Origin: Sphagnum compactum
Lineage: Eukaryota
Direction of reading: 5' to 3'
Assembly (NCBI GenBank): GCA_965153455.1
Contig: OZ234494.1
Location: 11,098,001-11,162,000, forward strand
Length of the DNA: 64,000 nucleotides
Shown: positions 26,821 to 39,117 of the stretch, piece by piece
Numbering within the stretch: the first letter of the stretch is position 1
Layout of the letters: every line of letters starts with the position of its first letter
Notes under the pieces: model-generated
Database searches by the model: none
Seen by the model: only the letters and a program-made list of their open reading frames with translations
What the model was told of the DNA's origin: nothing
Made by a program: the position numbers and the translations under genes

Positions 26821-28139
26821 TTTTTAACTTTTTATGTATTGGAACTATAACCTTTTTTTTAAAAAAAAGTTTGGCCATTGTCCATGTCTAAGGCAATGTA
26901 GGGCAAGTATGAAGTAGTCAGATTGAAAATTAGGCTAGGTATTAACTAGATTTCTTGAAATTAACCATGCTAGTATCATTCAAGGTGTTATTTAGGTTGA
27001 TATGCAAAGGGTAGGGTATAGATATGGAAAAAATTGATTCACAAATAATTTTTTGGTTTTCATGATGTTTTATTTTTAATGTGAACCTTGGGGGGTAGGT
27101 TATATGGATAACCTACCTTCAAATCCAATTCTAAATAATAGTCTAGAGTCTAAATTCTAAGTTTCAGGCTATTACTTAAGGTTAGTCATTTTTCTCTCAT
27201 GGGGAGTGAGATTTCAACAACATAAAAAATTAAACTATTTTTTTTGGTTATTTTTGTTTGCTTCATTTTTTGTTCTTTGTTCGTTTTTGTGTGTTCTTAT
27301 GTTTCATTTCTTGTTGTGAAGTTGTTTTCTTGCTTTTGGAGAATTTTAATTTTTTTTGGCTTGTTTATTTTCTTTGTGTTTTTCCTTTGTTAATTTGTCT
27401 TTTGTTTTGTAGGTGTTGCCCATGAGTTGGAAACACTGTTCGTGTGCTTTCACAATGTTGCTTGCATGTTATTATAATTGTTGTCCAAGTCTTATAGGTG
27501 TTGCACATGGTGCTTCTCATGACATGGCTCTAGGTACCACCACTTAACTCCTTCTATGTTTTTGATTGTGGTGTTTTCCCCTTGTGTGGTTAATACTATT
27601 CCATACCTTGATGTGCATGTTGGGGTTGTGGTTAGAGGTTGGAGTATTTTGGTTATTACAACCTCCATCAACAACTTTTTCAATTCAACACTTTATATGT
27701 TTTCAACTTTTCTCAAGATTTTTTTCCTTTTATATTTGTGTCTTTGTTAGTTTTGTTTAGTGTATGTTTTTTTTTTTTTTTGTTTATTTGGTTTTTGTAT
27801 GTTTAATTTTATTTGTTCTTTGTACGTTTTGTGTAATGTTTGATGTTATGTTTCTTTGTTTGGATTTATTTGTGCAAGATCAATTTGCAAATTCCAAATT
27901 CATGCTTGGAAGTTTGAAATGAAAGAGTTTTTTTTAAACTTTCAAAGTTTTTATTTTTTTAAGTACATTTTGTGACTCACATTTACATTTGCATATCTTC
28001 ATCAACATAGTTTTTGCATAACACGTCATGTGAAAAATGAGTGATTATGTGTAAATCATATTTGTAAATGTTTGTAAATGCTTCAATTGTTGGCATTGTT
28101 CAAATTCATAAATTATTAGAAGTAAAAAATAAATGCATA

Positions 28140-30520
28140 ATCTAGAAAATTGAAAAAATATAATTGTTTGGTTTTCCAACTTGGTCCATTAACACACCTT
28201 GACAAAATGGAACCAAGTTTTATAGACGAAAGATGTTCTATTTTTATGAATGAGAATGAAATATTAATGGAAGAGAGGAATGAACATGAAAGGTCTGAAA
28301 GATCTAAAGCATCCCAAGTTTTTAATTTAAAAATGATGATTCAACGCAATTATTTATGAAGAAATTGCATTTCAAACAAAGAGTTAGTTGGAAACTCCAT
28401 GGAAGAAATTCTTCAACTTAAGCATTTATTTTTCAATGATGAATCAAAAGTTGATGTAAAGGTGTCACAAATCATGTGTTTTGTTTTACTAATGTTATAA
28501 TAGACCGGTTGGGTCTTGTGATTTTGAACTAAAGAACAAGGTTGAAAAACCAATCTAGCTTCATATTTTAAAAGTAATGGGAGAATTGCATTGAAAAAAA
28601 CATGTATATGTAGGCCATGGGTAAATTGAAAACGAAATGAGCAACATCGTGAAATGTCCAATGGAAATACAAGTTGTAAAAAAAAGGCTTGCAGTAAATT
28701 TAAGTGTCATCTCTAACTTCTTTTAGGGCCATAGATCCTTTCAAAAATGATGACATGCACCATAAAGATTTTTTCGAGAACCTAGGTCTTTTTGTTGCAA
28801 AAAAACATCTACACACCCATTTACATACACATCTTGTTGATAATATCTAGTTAAAGTGTTTGGTAATGAAATTATGCCCTCGTGTTGTTTTCTCTTCTAT
28901 AAAAACTTTAGTCAAAAAGTATTACTAGACCTAATTGAGAAGACAAAATAAACATTTGTTTTACTAGTTTTAGTAGATTGTGTTTTTGTTATCGCAAGCT
29001 TCAATTCTTAGATGTCTAAAGGGGCACATGAGGTTTTTGCATTGGTTGTGAAATTTTTAGGGGAGGATTGGGTGCTAAAACATATTATAATGGCTTGTTT
29101 GAAACATTTAATACTTTAGGGCAAACATTATCAAGAAATTTGCAAAACTTTTTAAAGGAATATGGATTGACAAAAAATCCTTACTTATGTGAAGGATAAA
29201 AGGTCAAAATATTTGAATACCATGATAATTATTTAGTCCATAGTCAATTGTGAAACTTTGGGTGTTGCAGAAAGTTTTCAAAGCACATGTTTTGGACATA
29301 TTTTTTCTAAGACTTGTCAGTATAATGCAACTACTTCAAAAAAAAAAAGTGTAAACATTTAACATATGGCTCCATCAAATTCTCTTAACATATTTGTAGA
29401 AAAGTATAACATGGTTTTAAAAAATCAAGTAAAGGAAGACAAGAATGGGTGAAAGCTTAAAGCTTGCAATATTGTTATAAGCCTTTGGGCCCAAAAATTG
29501 ATCACATCGATTAAAACAAGGTAACATGTAATTTTTATTTTTGAATTTTTAAATTTTACTATTTAGAATCTTGTTATTATAAATTTTTTCCTTATAATTA
29601 AATAATACATAATTTGTATAGGTATGCAATCAAAATGATCATGTTTTAAAAAGCTGTGCAATTCCAAAAAACTTTTCGTTCAAGTTGTTATAGCAAGTAG
29701 ACTAATGCTAGAGACACTAGTTGGGTACCCCCCTCCTTCTACATTACATCTATCATTAATTATTGTAGACATTTTGTTTCTTGTTATCACTACTTTTGTT
29801 TTAAACTAGTCAAGGGGTCATTCATTACTGAGTGATTCCTTGCATGCAACCACATCCATGAATTTTACACCAAAGGAAGAAATGAATTATCCTCTTGTTT
29901 TGAATACTTTGATTGATGATGATGTAGATCTAAATATTGAGTTAAGTACTCTTGCAATGAACATGAAAAATGAAGTTTTGTGAGGTCATTGATTATTTTC
30001 TCTTTTTTTCGATAAAATATGATGAAAAGAGAGCTCATAATTTGTTATCCTTGATGTTAGACCTTAAATTCAAATGTTAAAGGTCAACTTTTTTTATTAG
30101 TCATGAATAAGGGGTGATCATAGTTGAAAGTATGATAGGAGTTGTTGAGATCCTTGTTTCCTATGTTCTTAAAGTTTTATCGTCATTTGCATCCATTATT
30201 GAAAGTTGAAAATTCTTTTGCGTACAAAAGTGATGAAAATAATAATTTGGATATAATTGAGATAGTAACAAACACCAATGAACATGTGAAGGAGTTTGTT
30301 GATACATCAAATGGATGTAAAGACTTCAAGTGCATTTGGAGTGGTGGTGGAAACATGAATCCATGTTTTCAACTGTTGACTTTTTAGCTTCACAAATATT
30401 GGGGATTGGTTTTGGAATTGAAATTAAGAAAATATTATCCCTATTGGTATATTCACCAATTATATCGTTTGGAGTTAGATAACTTTGAGAAGTTAATTTT
30501 TGTGAGTAAGAATAAGTCTA
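28140..30520 (+). pseudogene. Second degenerate hAT transposase (same family as 23880-25900)
   Basis: *MSKGAHEVFALVVKFLGEDW at ~29010-29070 parallels WMSKGAHDIFVFVINFLG of copy 1. YVKDK at ~29186 and the C-terminal dimerisation-like WWWKHESMFSTVDFLASQILG at ~30340-30405. Heavily disrupted. Confidence 0.75.
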
Positions 30521-31322
30521 ACGATGTGCATATTTGCAACATTTTTTATGCACGTTTTCATGATCCATAGTAGGTTGTTGTTCAATGGAGAAAAAATTTG
30601 TGTGACAATGTTAAATACACAAGCGTCTAGAAATGAAAGCTTTTTCATGCTATGCTTTCACTATTGCATAATAAATGACATCTTCTCTCATTCACCATCT
30701 TTGTGACACATTTCCTCATCTTTGTGACAATTCTACTACTTGTGCCACAAACCCCCCATACACATTTGCAAGAGAAAAATGGGAAGTTATAAGATTAAAA
30801 TCATGCATATCCAAAAGCATTAGTAATGCAAGTCCTAGAAAAGCTCTTGATGTAATAGTCATATCAATTCCAAGCCATGGCAACTTTGAAGAAAAACCTC
30901 CAAATACATAACAAATCAAAAGCTTTTGCGATTTTATTGTAAACCACAAAAACACCCATACACATTTGTAAAAAAGAAATGAGGAATTGCAAGATGGAGA
31001 GTCATGCCTGTCAAAAAGTATCAAATGTCCACTTTCAAGCCATGATAACCTTGAAAAATTGCCCCAAAATGCATAATAGATCAAAAGGGTTTTGTAACCT
31101 TCTTACAACCATCGAAACACCCAAACACACTTACAAAACAAAAATGGGCCATTATTCACATGGAAATGCCAGGTCCTCCATACCTTGCCATGCCTAGCAT
31201 TTTCTTGTGAAAATGTCAAGTGACAACGTCAAGAATTATTGTAGTGACAACCACTAATGGACCCTATACCTAGTTCACCTAAGCCAGTTCCCATTATCAT
31301 TTTCATTGGAATTTATCTTCCA

Positions 31323-31323
<1 letters not shown>

Positions 31324-31356
<33 letters not shown>
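31324..31356. repeat. (TG)n microsatellite
   Basis: About 16 TG units seen directly. Confidence 0.95.
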
Positions 31357-31361
<5 letters not shown>

Positions 31362-31768
31362 CAATTTTTTTAATGAAACATCATTACTAAATATAACAAT
31401 CCTTTTGAAAAACATTAACTAGCAACATGTTTCTAAAAAATTGTCAAATAGTAAGAAAAATATGGGCAATAAAAAGTGACCCAAAACTAAAAACTCAATA
31501 AAATTTCCCCCAAAACAATTTTTGTAAAAAAAATGACAGTTTTTTTTCCTTAAGGAAACTAATAGTTTGAAACTAATTATACCCATTATACTTTCCGAGG
31601 TCACCTGGATGCAAAGATTAACCACACCCAAAAAAAAAAACCACTATTTACCTACTTATTATAGCCATAGGGTAAACTAAAGACAAATGAGAAACCATTT
31701 ACCCCAGGGTAAAAAGCCTGCCCTTACACTGCGATTTGAAAATAACAGAAATTGACCGTTACGTATTC

Positions 31769-31873
31769 GTACAGAGTCCAGACTGTATCTACGTACATAC
31801 TCTTGCACCCGCCGTATTTATACAGTCCATTTGTACTTGTCTTTCCAATCCGTATTTTCTAAATTGTACGTAC
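31769..31873 (+). promoter_or_regulatory. Cluster of five GTAC cores (candidate SBP/SPL-binding, copper-response-type elements)
   Basis: GTAC at 31769, 31793, 31833, 31866 and 31870, immediately upstream of the GC-rich then CT-rich leader of the 32933 gene. Confidence 0.45.
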
Positions 31874-32932
31874 AGAGATACGAGCGCGGTGAAGGAGGCG
31901 AGCCAAGAGGGGTGCGGGCGAGGGAGGGAGAGGCCAGTTGGGAACGAGAGCTGGGAAGCAGTCACTAGCGGCCAGCTGCAGCAGCTGTTCGCGCTTTTTG
32001 CATCTCTTCGCCGCAGAAGACTTGGTTTTGTAATCTCTCTCTTCTGTTCTACCTTTGCTTCCCATCTCTTTTCCTATCTCTCTCTTTGGTAGAACGCGTT
32101 TTGAATCTCTGTGCTCTTTACAGTCTCTCTTCTTCTTCTTCTTCTTCTAATTCTTCTGTGTCCTTGCTTTGCCTTTCGGAAAGCGGCTGAACGTCGTTTG
32201 CTGCTCGCCTAGGTTCTTCAGCTGGTCCACTGGGTTGCTGGTACATTCCTCCTACACATTCAGGCTAAAATTTTCTTTTTTTAAAATATTAGGGTTTTTG
32301 AATTTGTTTCCGTATTGCAGTTTTCGGGGAATCGAGACCACCGTGACAACACTTGTGTTTTCCAAGAAAACTCTGCTGAAAAGGACAAGGACGAGAACTT
32401 GTTGAAAGGTGCGTGAGAGAGCTCCTGAACCTAGCTTTCTTTCTTCCGTGACTATTGCTTTTGGTGGTTCGAGGGAGAGGTCTTGAAATCCTTTTCTCTC
32501 TTACTTGCGTAGTATGTTCTTCTTCTTCTTCTTCATCTTCTGGGAGTCTTTGGCATTCTCTCAGTTGCTGGGCTTGAATTACTGTAAGTCAGCTGCAAAA
32601 TTGGGTGATGGTTTTTTTTTCCTTGTTCTTGCTTCTCCTTCTCTTCGGTTCATGGGGTTTCGTGCTGTTTTTTTTTCACATGTGTTTCTCATGTGTAAGT
32701 ATGTGTGGAGAGAAATTGTTTGAGTGCAGTCTCAGCTCTCTGCCTTTTCATCTATGTATGGAGACTGCATTTTCGCTTGTGCTGATTCATTCCCACACAA
32801 ACAGATGGGCTACAGAAAATTCAGCTCCTCTCTGACATGTGTTCTCTTTTGGTCTCCATCTCACAAGCACAGACTCCCATTGAAGCCTGCAAAAAGCTCT
32901 ACAGACAAAAAAGAAAAGAAAAGCTGGACAAG

Positions 32933-35900
32933 ATGAGTTCAGGGACGGCTCCCTATGCCACTTTGAGTGATCTGCCTAGGTTTGAGAAGCGAGGCGAAGT
33001 CACATCTGCCCCTTGGATGAAGGAACAGGCTGTTCCTCACAATGGCCGGGCTCACAACCATGAGCCTTACATTACCTGCAACTCGCAGACTGCTCCTTTC
33101 GCTACTTTCCACAACCAGCCTCTTCCACTTGAGGTTAGGGTTCCTCCTCTCTGTCTCTTGAGCCATTGAACTTTTTGGTGAACTAGGTTCTTCCTCTCTC
33201 TTGAGCCCTTGATCTTTTTGTGAGTCTATTAGTAATGGGTTTTCTGCTGCTAGGTAGCTGCTGGAGTCTTAGCTGTGGTTCTTCAACAGGAAATTGTTCG
33301 CTGCTTTAAGGATGTGTTTCTTGTGGAAGACAATATGTGCCAAGAAGGGTTGGTTACCCATGTGTTCTGCTAACCATGGAAAGTTCACAAAAGAAACCTA
33401 GGTCAATAAGATTGATGGGTTGCAGAAGAAGATTAGTATGTCCATGAATGGAAATGAGAACAAGTATCATAGAAACCTACCAACAAGATTTATGGGTGAC
33501 AGAAGAAGAATAGTATGTTCATGAAAGGATATAAGAACAAGTATCAGGGGCCACAGTGCAGGTGCAGAGTATCTCTATCCTCTGAAACAGCACCTTTTGG
33601 AACCTCTGAGAACATTGTACAATTGAATCAGGCATGTCATCATTTCTCATATCCCCCTCCCCACTCCACCAAAATTCTTGGAATTGCTTAGGTTCAACAG
33701 TTCTCACAAATATCTGGAAGAAGGTGAAGGTTGGTGACTATCAACCTAAGTAGCTTTATGAAGTGAGATCTATGTTCATCCTCTAAATGGGTTTAGAATT
33801 ATGTTTCTCTTTCAGATGCTTGTTGCCCTCACACTTCATTTGCACTTATCTCCAAATAGCCTTCAAATTGAGTTTGGTTTTTTCTATTTTTCTCACTTCA
33901 CATCCATGTTCTCCAATGATGACCTTAGTGTATGTCAGGGAGCTGATTCTTCTCAGCTCTGTGCTAAAGCTCAGTATCTCTCTGTTTCAAACTCCTTGAA
34001 ACATGGTTGTGGCTAGAATATCTTTGTCTTTCTGGCAGTGTTTTTGCTGCGTATAGTGAGACAAGGACTAGAACCCTTGAGCATAATTTGTTCAACTGTT
34101 CCTTGTCTCAACATAATGCCTAATGGCAGTACACTGGACCAATGCTGGATGCTCCATGGGATAAGGATCAACAACAGGCAAACCAATGGCAAGGATCTCA
34201 TAGAGAGTACACCAAGTACTCCTTATGCAACTTCTGATGATAGGCAGGCATGTGCTACATTTTGTTTTAATCTTTTCAGTTATCTTCTCTCACTGAACAT
34301 GCAACTTCCAATCCTGGATGGAAATTGTGCATAGTAAACAATTTTCATCCAGCAGTTCAAAGGGTTTAGATGATCTGTTCCCAGAGAAGACTATTTCTTT
34401 GGGATAATAGACTTCAACCAAATTCGATAAGGACATAGAAAATCTTTCCAAGAATATGTCTACTGTATGCAATTTGCCTTGAGATTGGGTTAAACACTAT
34501 GTATGGAGAATAGTGGCCATAGTTGTGCAATAAAGTAGCTGAAATGAATCAATCCTCCAATATAAGGCTTGGTTCAGGATTGGGTTTGAGAATGTTGCCA
34601 GTACCTTAATATGTTGCCTAAAATATATGACATGCTCGGGATCAAAGTCAAGCAGCAGTCATAAAACAGGGAGGGATCCTTGTGAAGGTACCAGGTGTAT
34701 CATAACATGTGCATGCCATGATCAGACAGAAGAAGTACTAGTGCTGAGCCTGTTTTATTGTCACCTTCTTGCACTGCCCCATATGCAACATCTAGTAATT
34801 CTCTCATGCAAAATGTTCTTACATGCCCCCTATAAATCTACCCATGTCTTTTCCCTGTCTTAGAATTATGAGTTGAATCGTCTCTGAATGTTTGGACCAA
34901 TCTGAGGGTGAAGCCCTAGTCTTTGAAAACTGTTGAACCCCTTAACCTGTTTCTTTTGGTGCTTGTTTCAGCTGTTATCCCTGTTGACACATCTTATAAG
35001 AGTTTTTCAGTGTTTGTATACATACCATGTGGTGAGATAATGTTTGCTGGCTTTTGAGTCATGGTATTCAACAGATGTCTAAACTTTTGATATAGGCTCT
35101 TTCAAGAGGCAGTTTGTCTCATGACCAAATTGGACTCCTGCTCTCTGGGCCTAAAGGGAGAAAAAATTATGGGGGTTTGTTTCTGGCAGCCAAATAAATC
35201 AAAAGTGCAGCAAGCACCATGGGATCGTGATGAACTCAATGACACCAAGGTGCAATTTCATAACCTTGATTTGTTTCTCTCACCTTTTTACCTATACCTG
35301 TACTTAGAAGGAGAATATTCATGTTTTATCTTTGGAGTAGAAATGTTATTTTGTTATCAGGACCTAAGCAATTTCTGTACCTCCCATGCCCTATTATGCT
35401 CTTTGGGTTTAGGTATTGCCTGAAGCAATAGTTTTCTGGTGACCCAACAGATACAAAATTATCCATTTAGATGAGAAAGAAGGAAAGTATGTCTCAGGAG
35501 TATCCCTGCATTCACCTATTTCCATCATGTCCTCAGATTGAGTGCTTAGTTTTCTTGAAGACAGGATTTGTAGTTTCCACATCCAATGCCAGTAAGTGAA
35601 GATCTAGGTGGTCCTCTTTATGATTCTCATGGTATCTGATTTGCCACCTCATCTTTCTTTGATGTATTTGGGCACTAATGTCAATAATTGCACAATATGT
35701 TGATCTGACAATATGAGCAAGGCTTTTCACTCCTGAACTTTTTCTTTCACATGGATTGCAGCTAGTACATTTAAATGTGATATACAAAGGTAGTTGAGAT
35801 GTGGATGCTTGGAGACATACTGACAACAGGTTGGATTGTTGATTTAGGCGTCAAATCATCCGATTCCCAATCCTGCTCCATTTGCAACTGAGCCAATCGA

Positions 35901-35940
35901 TTCTTCGTCTGAAGATCCATGTCAAACTACTTTCACCTAA
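32933..35940 (+). CDS. Uncharacterised small protein with alternating AP[FY]AT / APW repeats (apparent frameshift in exon 2)
   Basis: Exons 32933-33133, 34130-34247 (118 nt, GC donor), 35190-35249 and 35848-35940 (stop TAA) carry TAPYATL, SAPWMKE, TAPFATF, DAPWDKD, TPYATS, QAPWDRD and PAPFATE. Exons 1, 3 and 4 have canonical phase-0 splice sites. Confidence 0.7.
33392..33545. repeat. Intronic tandem duplication (~77-79 bp x2)
   Basis: AGAAACCTA...AAGATT.ATGGGT..CAGAAGAAGA.TAGTATGT.CATGAA.GGA...AGAACAAGTATCA occurs twice. Confidence 0.8.
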
Positions 35941-37099
35941 GGGTGTGCAAAACCTCTCACCGCTTCATCTGCCTGTCTTGGATCAGTTCTGCGAGGTGGA
36001 GTTATTGTGTGTATACATGTGCAATTTGCAACTTGCTGGTAATGTTCATTAAGTGCTTTGAACAACCATTTTTCTCACAAAGGAAACCCCTTTTTGATCA
36101 ATATGCTTCTGCTGTTCTTAACATTAGTGCATCACTATGAGCAAAACTCTTATGCTCGGTGGGCATTTGGTGTGTAGTTCTGAGGCTAAGAAATGTGAAG
36201 ATATTAAGCTATGCTGTATTGGCTTTGATTTATCTTGTATCAACTATTGATCCTGAGTAATATCTCTATCAACTGAGCTGTGGTTTGCAAGGTATACAAT
36301 TGAATACTAAATCTGTCTTTTCCTATACATTCTATTGTGTCTACTAATTTTCTGAATATGTTTGTAGAGTTCTCCTTCTCTTTTTCTCTGGCAGCAGCAG
36401 CTTGGATAATGTAAGTGCTAATCAATAACTAAATTGAATTCTTCCATAAGATGGAAATTGTTTGTCTCATGCACTTATAGCATGCTTCTTCATAAGTTCA
36501 TGAACACAAACTGAATTGTTTTGTGCCTTTCAATGTTCCTTTGGTGTGTTTATATCCTGTTTATATCCTGCTGAAAAAATTAGTGTTGCAGTTCTACATC
36601 CAGCAGGAGGGACTAGGGATTGGAGTGGGGTTTAGCGTTTTAGGGTCCAGAACTTGAAAGTGAAGTCTGTCATGAATGTGGCTCGCAGGTTTTACATTAA
36701 ATATAATCAAATATTCAATGAAGGTTTTGGGAACATCAGCAGTATTTTTGTTAGACACTGGAAGAAACAAACACAAGTTTTGCAATCATATTCAAATAGA
36801 GCACATGCACAAACATGCAGAATTTCACTGACCCAACACCAGTAGCAGCAGATGCATTAATGTTTCCAATTTCCATTGTTGAACTATGAATAACAGATTT
36901 TAAAATTATGAGTGATGTATGTCTGCAAAAAGATGCCATTTATACAGAACTGTAGTTTGCAAAGTAGAGTTGTCAGTACACTAGTTGGTTCCCTTGAATC
37001 TAGAATGGAACAATACAATAACCTCCATAATATTATATCAGAATTTCTGAGGTAACTGTACAAGAAGAGAAAGGACATTTTCCCATTGCTACTAGAGAT

Positions 37100-38140
37100 T
37101 TAGCCATAGCAACGAATGGGATCAGTACACATTTTAGCTGCTGATTGTTGCTTTCCTCCTCCACCTCCCTTCTGGAGATACTGCTGGTGATATTCTTCAG
37201 CCATGTAGAAGGGACCAGCAGGCAAGATCTCGGTTGCAATCTTCTTCCAAAGATGGGACTGATGCTCTTTCGTTGATGCGATTGCTTCCTCCTTTTGTTC
37301 CGGTGTATGGAAGTAAATGCCTGATCGGTATTGTGATCCAACATCATTTCCCTGCCCAACAGAGTCATGTCAGGAAAGGAAATGACAGACTCAGACAAAA
37401 GCAATTCAATTCAATAAAGCACCCTGAGAGAAGTCATAAGAGGGAAAAGGAAAAAATCGGTGAGCAATAACATCATTGAAAGACAATCCATATGTGAGAA
37501 AGACAAGTCAAAGATTGAACAACAGGACTGAAGGTTGAAGACATGGTAAAGAGGGTTTAGGGTTTATGGAAGAGACATGGTGGAGACATGGTGAAGAGGG
37601 TTTAGGGTTTATGGAAGAGACATGGTGGAGACATGTTGAAGAGGGTTTAGGGAAGAGACGTGGTGAAGACGGTTTACGGAAGAGGCATGGTGAGAACAGA
37701 CATACCTGGCGGTTCACTTGGGTAGGATCGTGCTTCTTCCAGAAGACATCAAGCAATTGTTTGTAAGAGACTTGAGCAGGGTCATATTCCAGTTGTACAG
37801 CTTCTGTATGGCCTGTCCTGCCACTGCAGACTTGGCGGTATGTTGGATCCACCGTCTTGCCTCCTGTGTAACCGACTGCTGTCTGCACATCCGTAAGGCA
37901 AGCAAGCACACTGCCAACGATCAGTTCTACTGCCCATTTTCCATTTCCGTGACAACACCACCAAACGCTTGAAATCTTGGAGACAAGGGGAAAAGTTCTC
38001 CAACTAGGTACACAAAGAAGGAATTTTGTATTCTTCCGCGATGTGAATTTTTTTACCTTGATGACGCCAGGAACGCGCTGGAAAGCCAATTCGACGCTCC
38101 AGAAACAGCCGGCTGCAAATGTGGCTTGCTGCTGTGCCAT
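37100..38140 (-). CDS. MSRA: Peptide methionine sulfoxide reductase A (170 aa from the ATG at 38140)
   Basis: Exons 38140-38057, 37882-37706 and 37351-37100 (GT-AG, phase 0). Catalytic motif [57 protein letters not shown] and the plant C-terminus CTDPIRCYG*. Confidence 0.97.
37540..37695. repeat. 45-bp tandem repeat with telomere-like GGGTTTAGGGTTTA in MSRA intron 2
   Basis: GAGGGTTTAGGGTTTATGGAAGAGACATGGTGGAGACATG(G/T)TGAA at 37551 and 37596, with degenerate copies from 37641. Confidence 0.9.
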
Positions 38141-38786
38141 TTTCACTCTCCGAATAAAAAAATCCGAAAACAAAATCCGTGCACTACCTAACTACTAGTA
38201 CTACTCCCCTCTACACACAAAACAAGAAATTTTTTCTCTTTCTCTCTCTCGTGTCTGAACCCCAACAGCCCAAATCTCAATCTCCAAAAACTCAGCAAAG
38301 ATCTCACTCCCCAAAACTCCACCAGCCAGCCCAAAAAAAAACACTCGTTCCAAGGTTTCCGCTTTACGAAGACGTTCAAGATAACTCAAAATCAGACAAT
38401 TGAAATACATACAGTCTACAGAAGCAGGGTCAAATATATGCCAAGTGCACAGAGAGACGAGAAGAGTCGAGAAGCGAAGAGAAGAGACGAAGCACCCCAA
38501 GAAGAAGCAAAACAACAGCGAGAGAGGCGAGAGAGAGAGATCTGGGAAAGAAGAGTTCTCTTCGGGAGTAGTGTAGCGAAGGAGAGGAGCAGACGAAGCA
38601 TCATCGTCGGGCAGCAGAACGTCGGGCAGAAAAAAAAAGGAGTGAGTCATGGGAAATATAAGAAATATAGGCCTATGTTTAGGGTCAGTTTAGATGAGGG
38701 TCTAATGTCCAGGGTCCCATGAAATAGAGCAGTCCTATTGGCTGAGAGCCATAAATTGGACCCATGGCCTTTAGAGAGTGACCCAT

Positions 38787-39117
38787 GGCAAATCAAGGCT
38801 AAACCTACATGGCACCATTTAGATGCAGGTCCAAGACCATAAAGTGGCAAATCCAGGCTAAATCTACATGGCACCGTTTACATGAGGGTCCAAGACCAAA
38901 AAGTGGCAAATTGAGGCTAAACCTACATGGTACCCTTTAGATGAGGGTCCAAGACCAAAAAGTGGCAAATGGAGGCTAAAACATACACGCCACCATTTCG
39001 ACTAGGGTCCAAGACCCAAAAGTGGCAAATTGAGGCTAAACATACACACCACCATTTCGACTAGGGTCCAAGACCAAAAAGTCGCAAATTGAGGCTCAAT
39101 CTACATGGCACCATTTT
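38787..39117. repeat. Minisatellite, ~5.6 copies of a 59-60 bp unit upstream of MSRA
   Basis: Unit GGCAAATTGAGGCTAAACCTACATGGCACCATTTAGATGAGGGTCCAAGACCAAAAAGT, with starts at 38787, 38846, 38905, 38964, 39024 and 39083. Confidence 0.92.
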
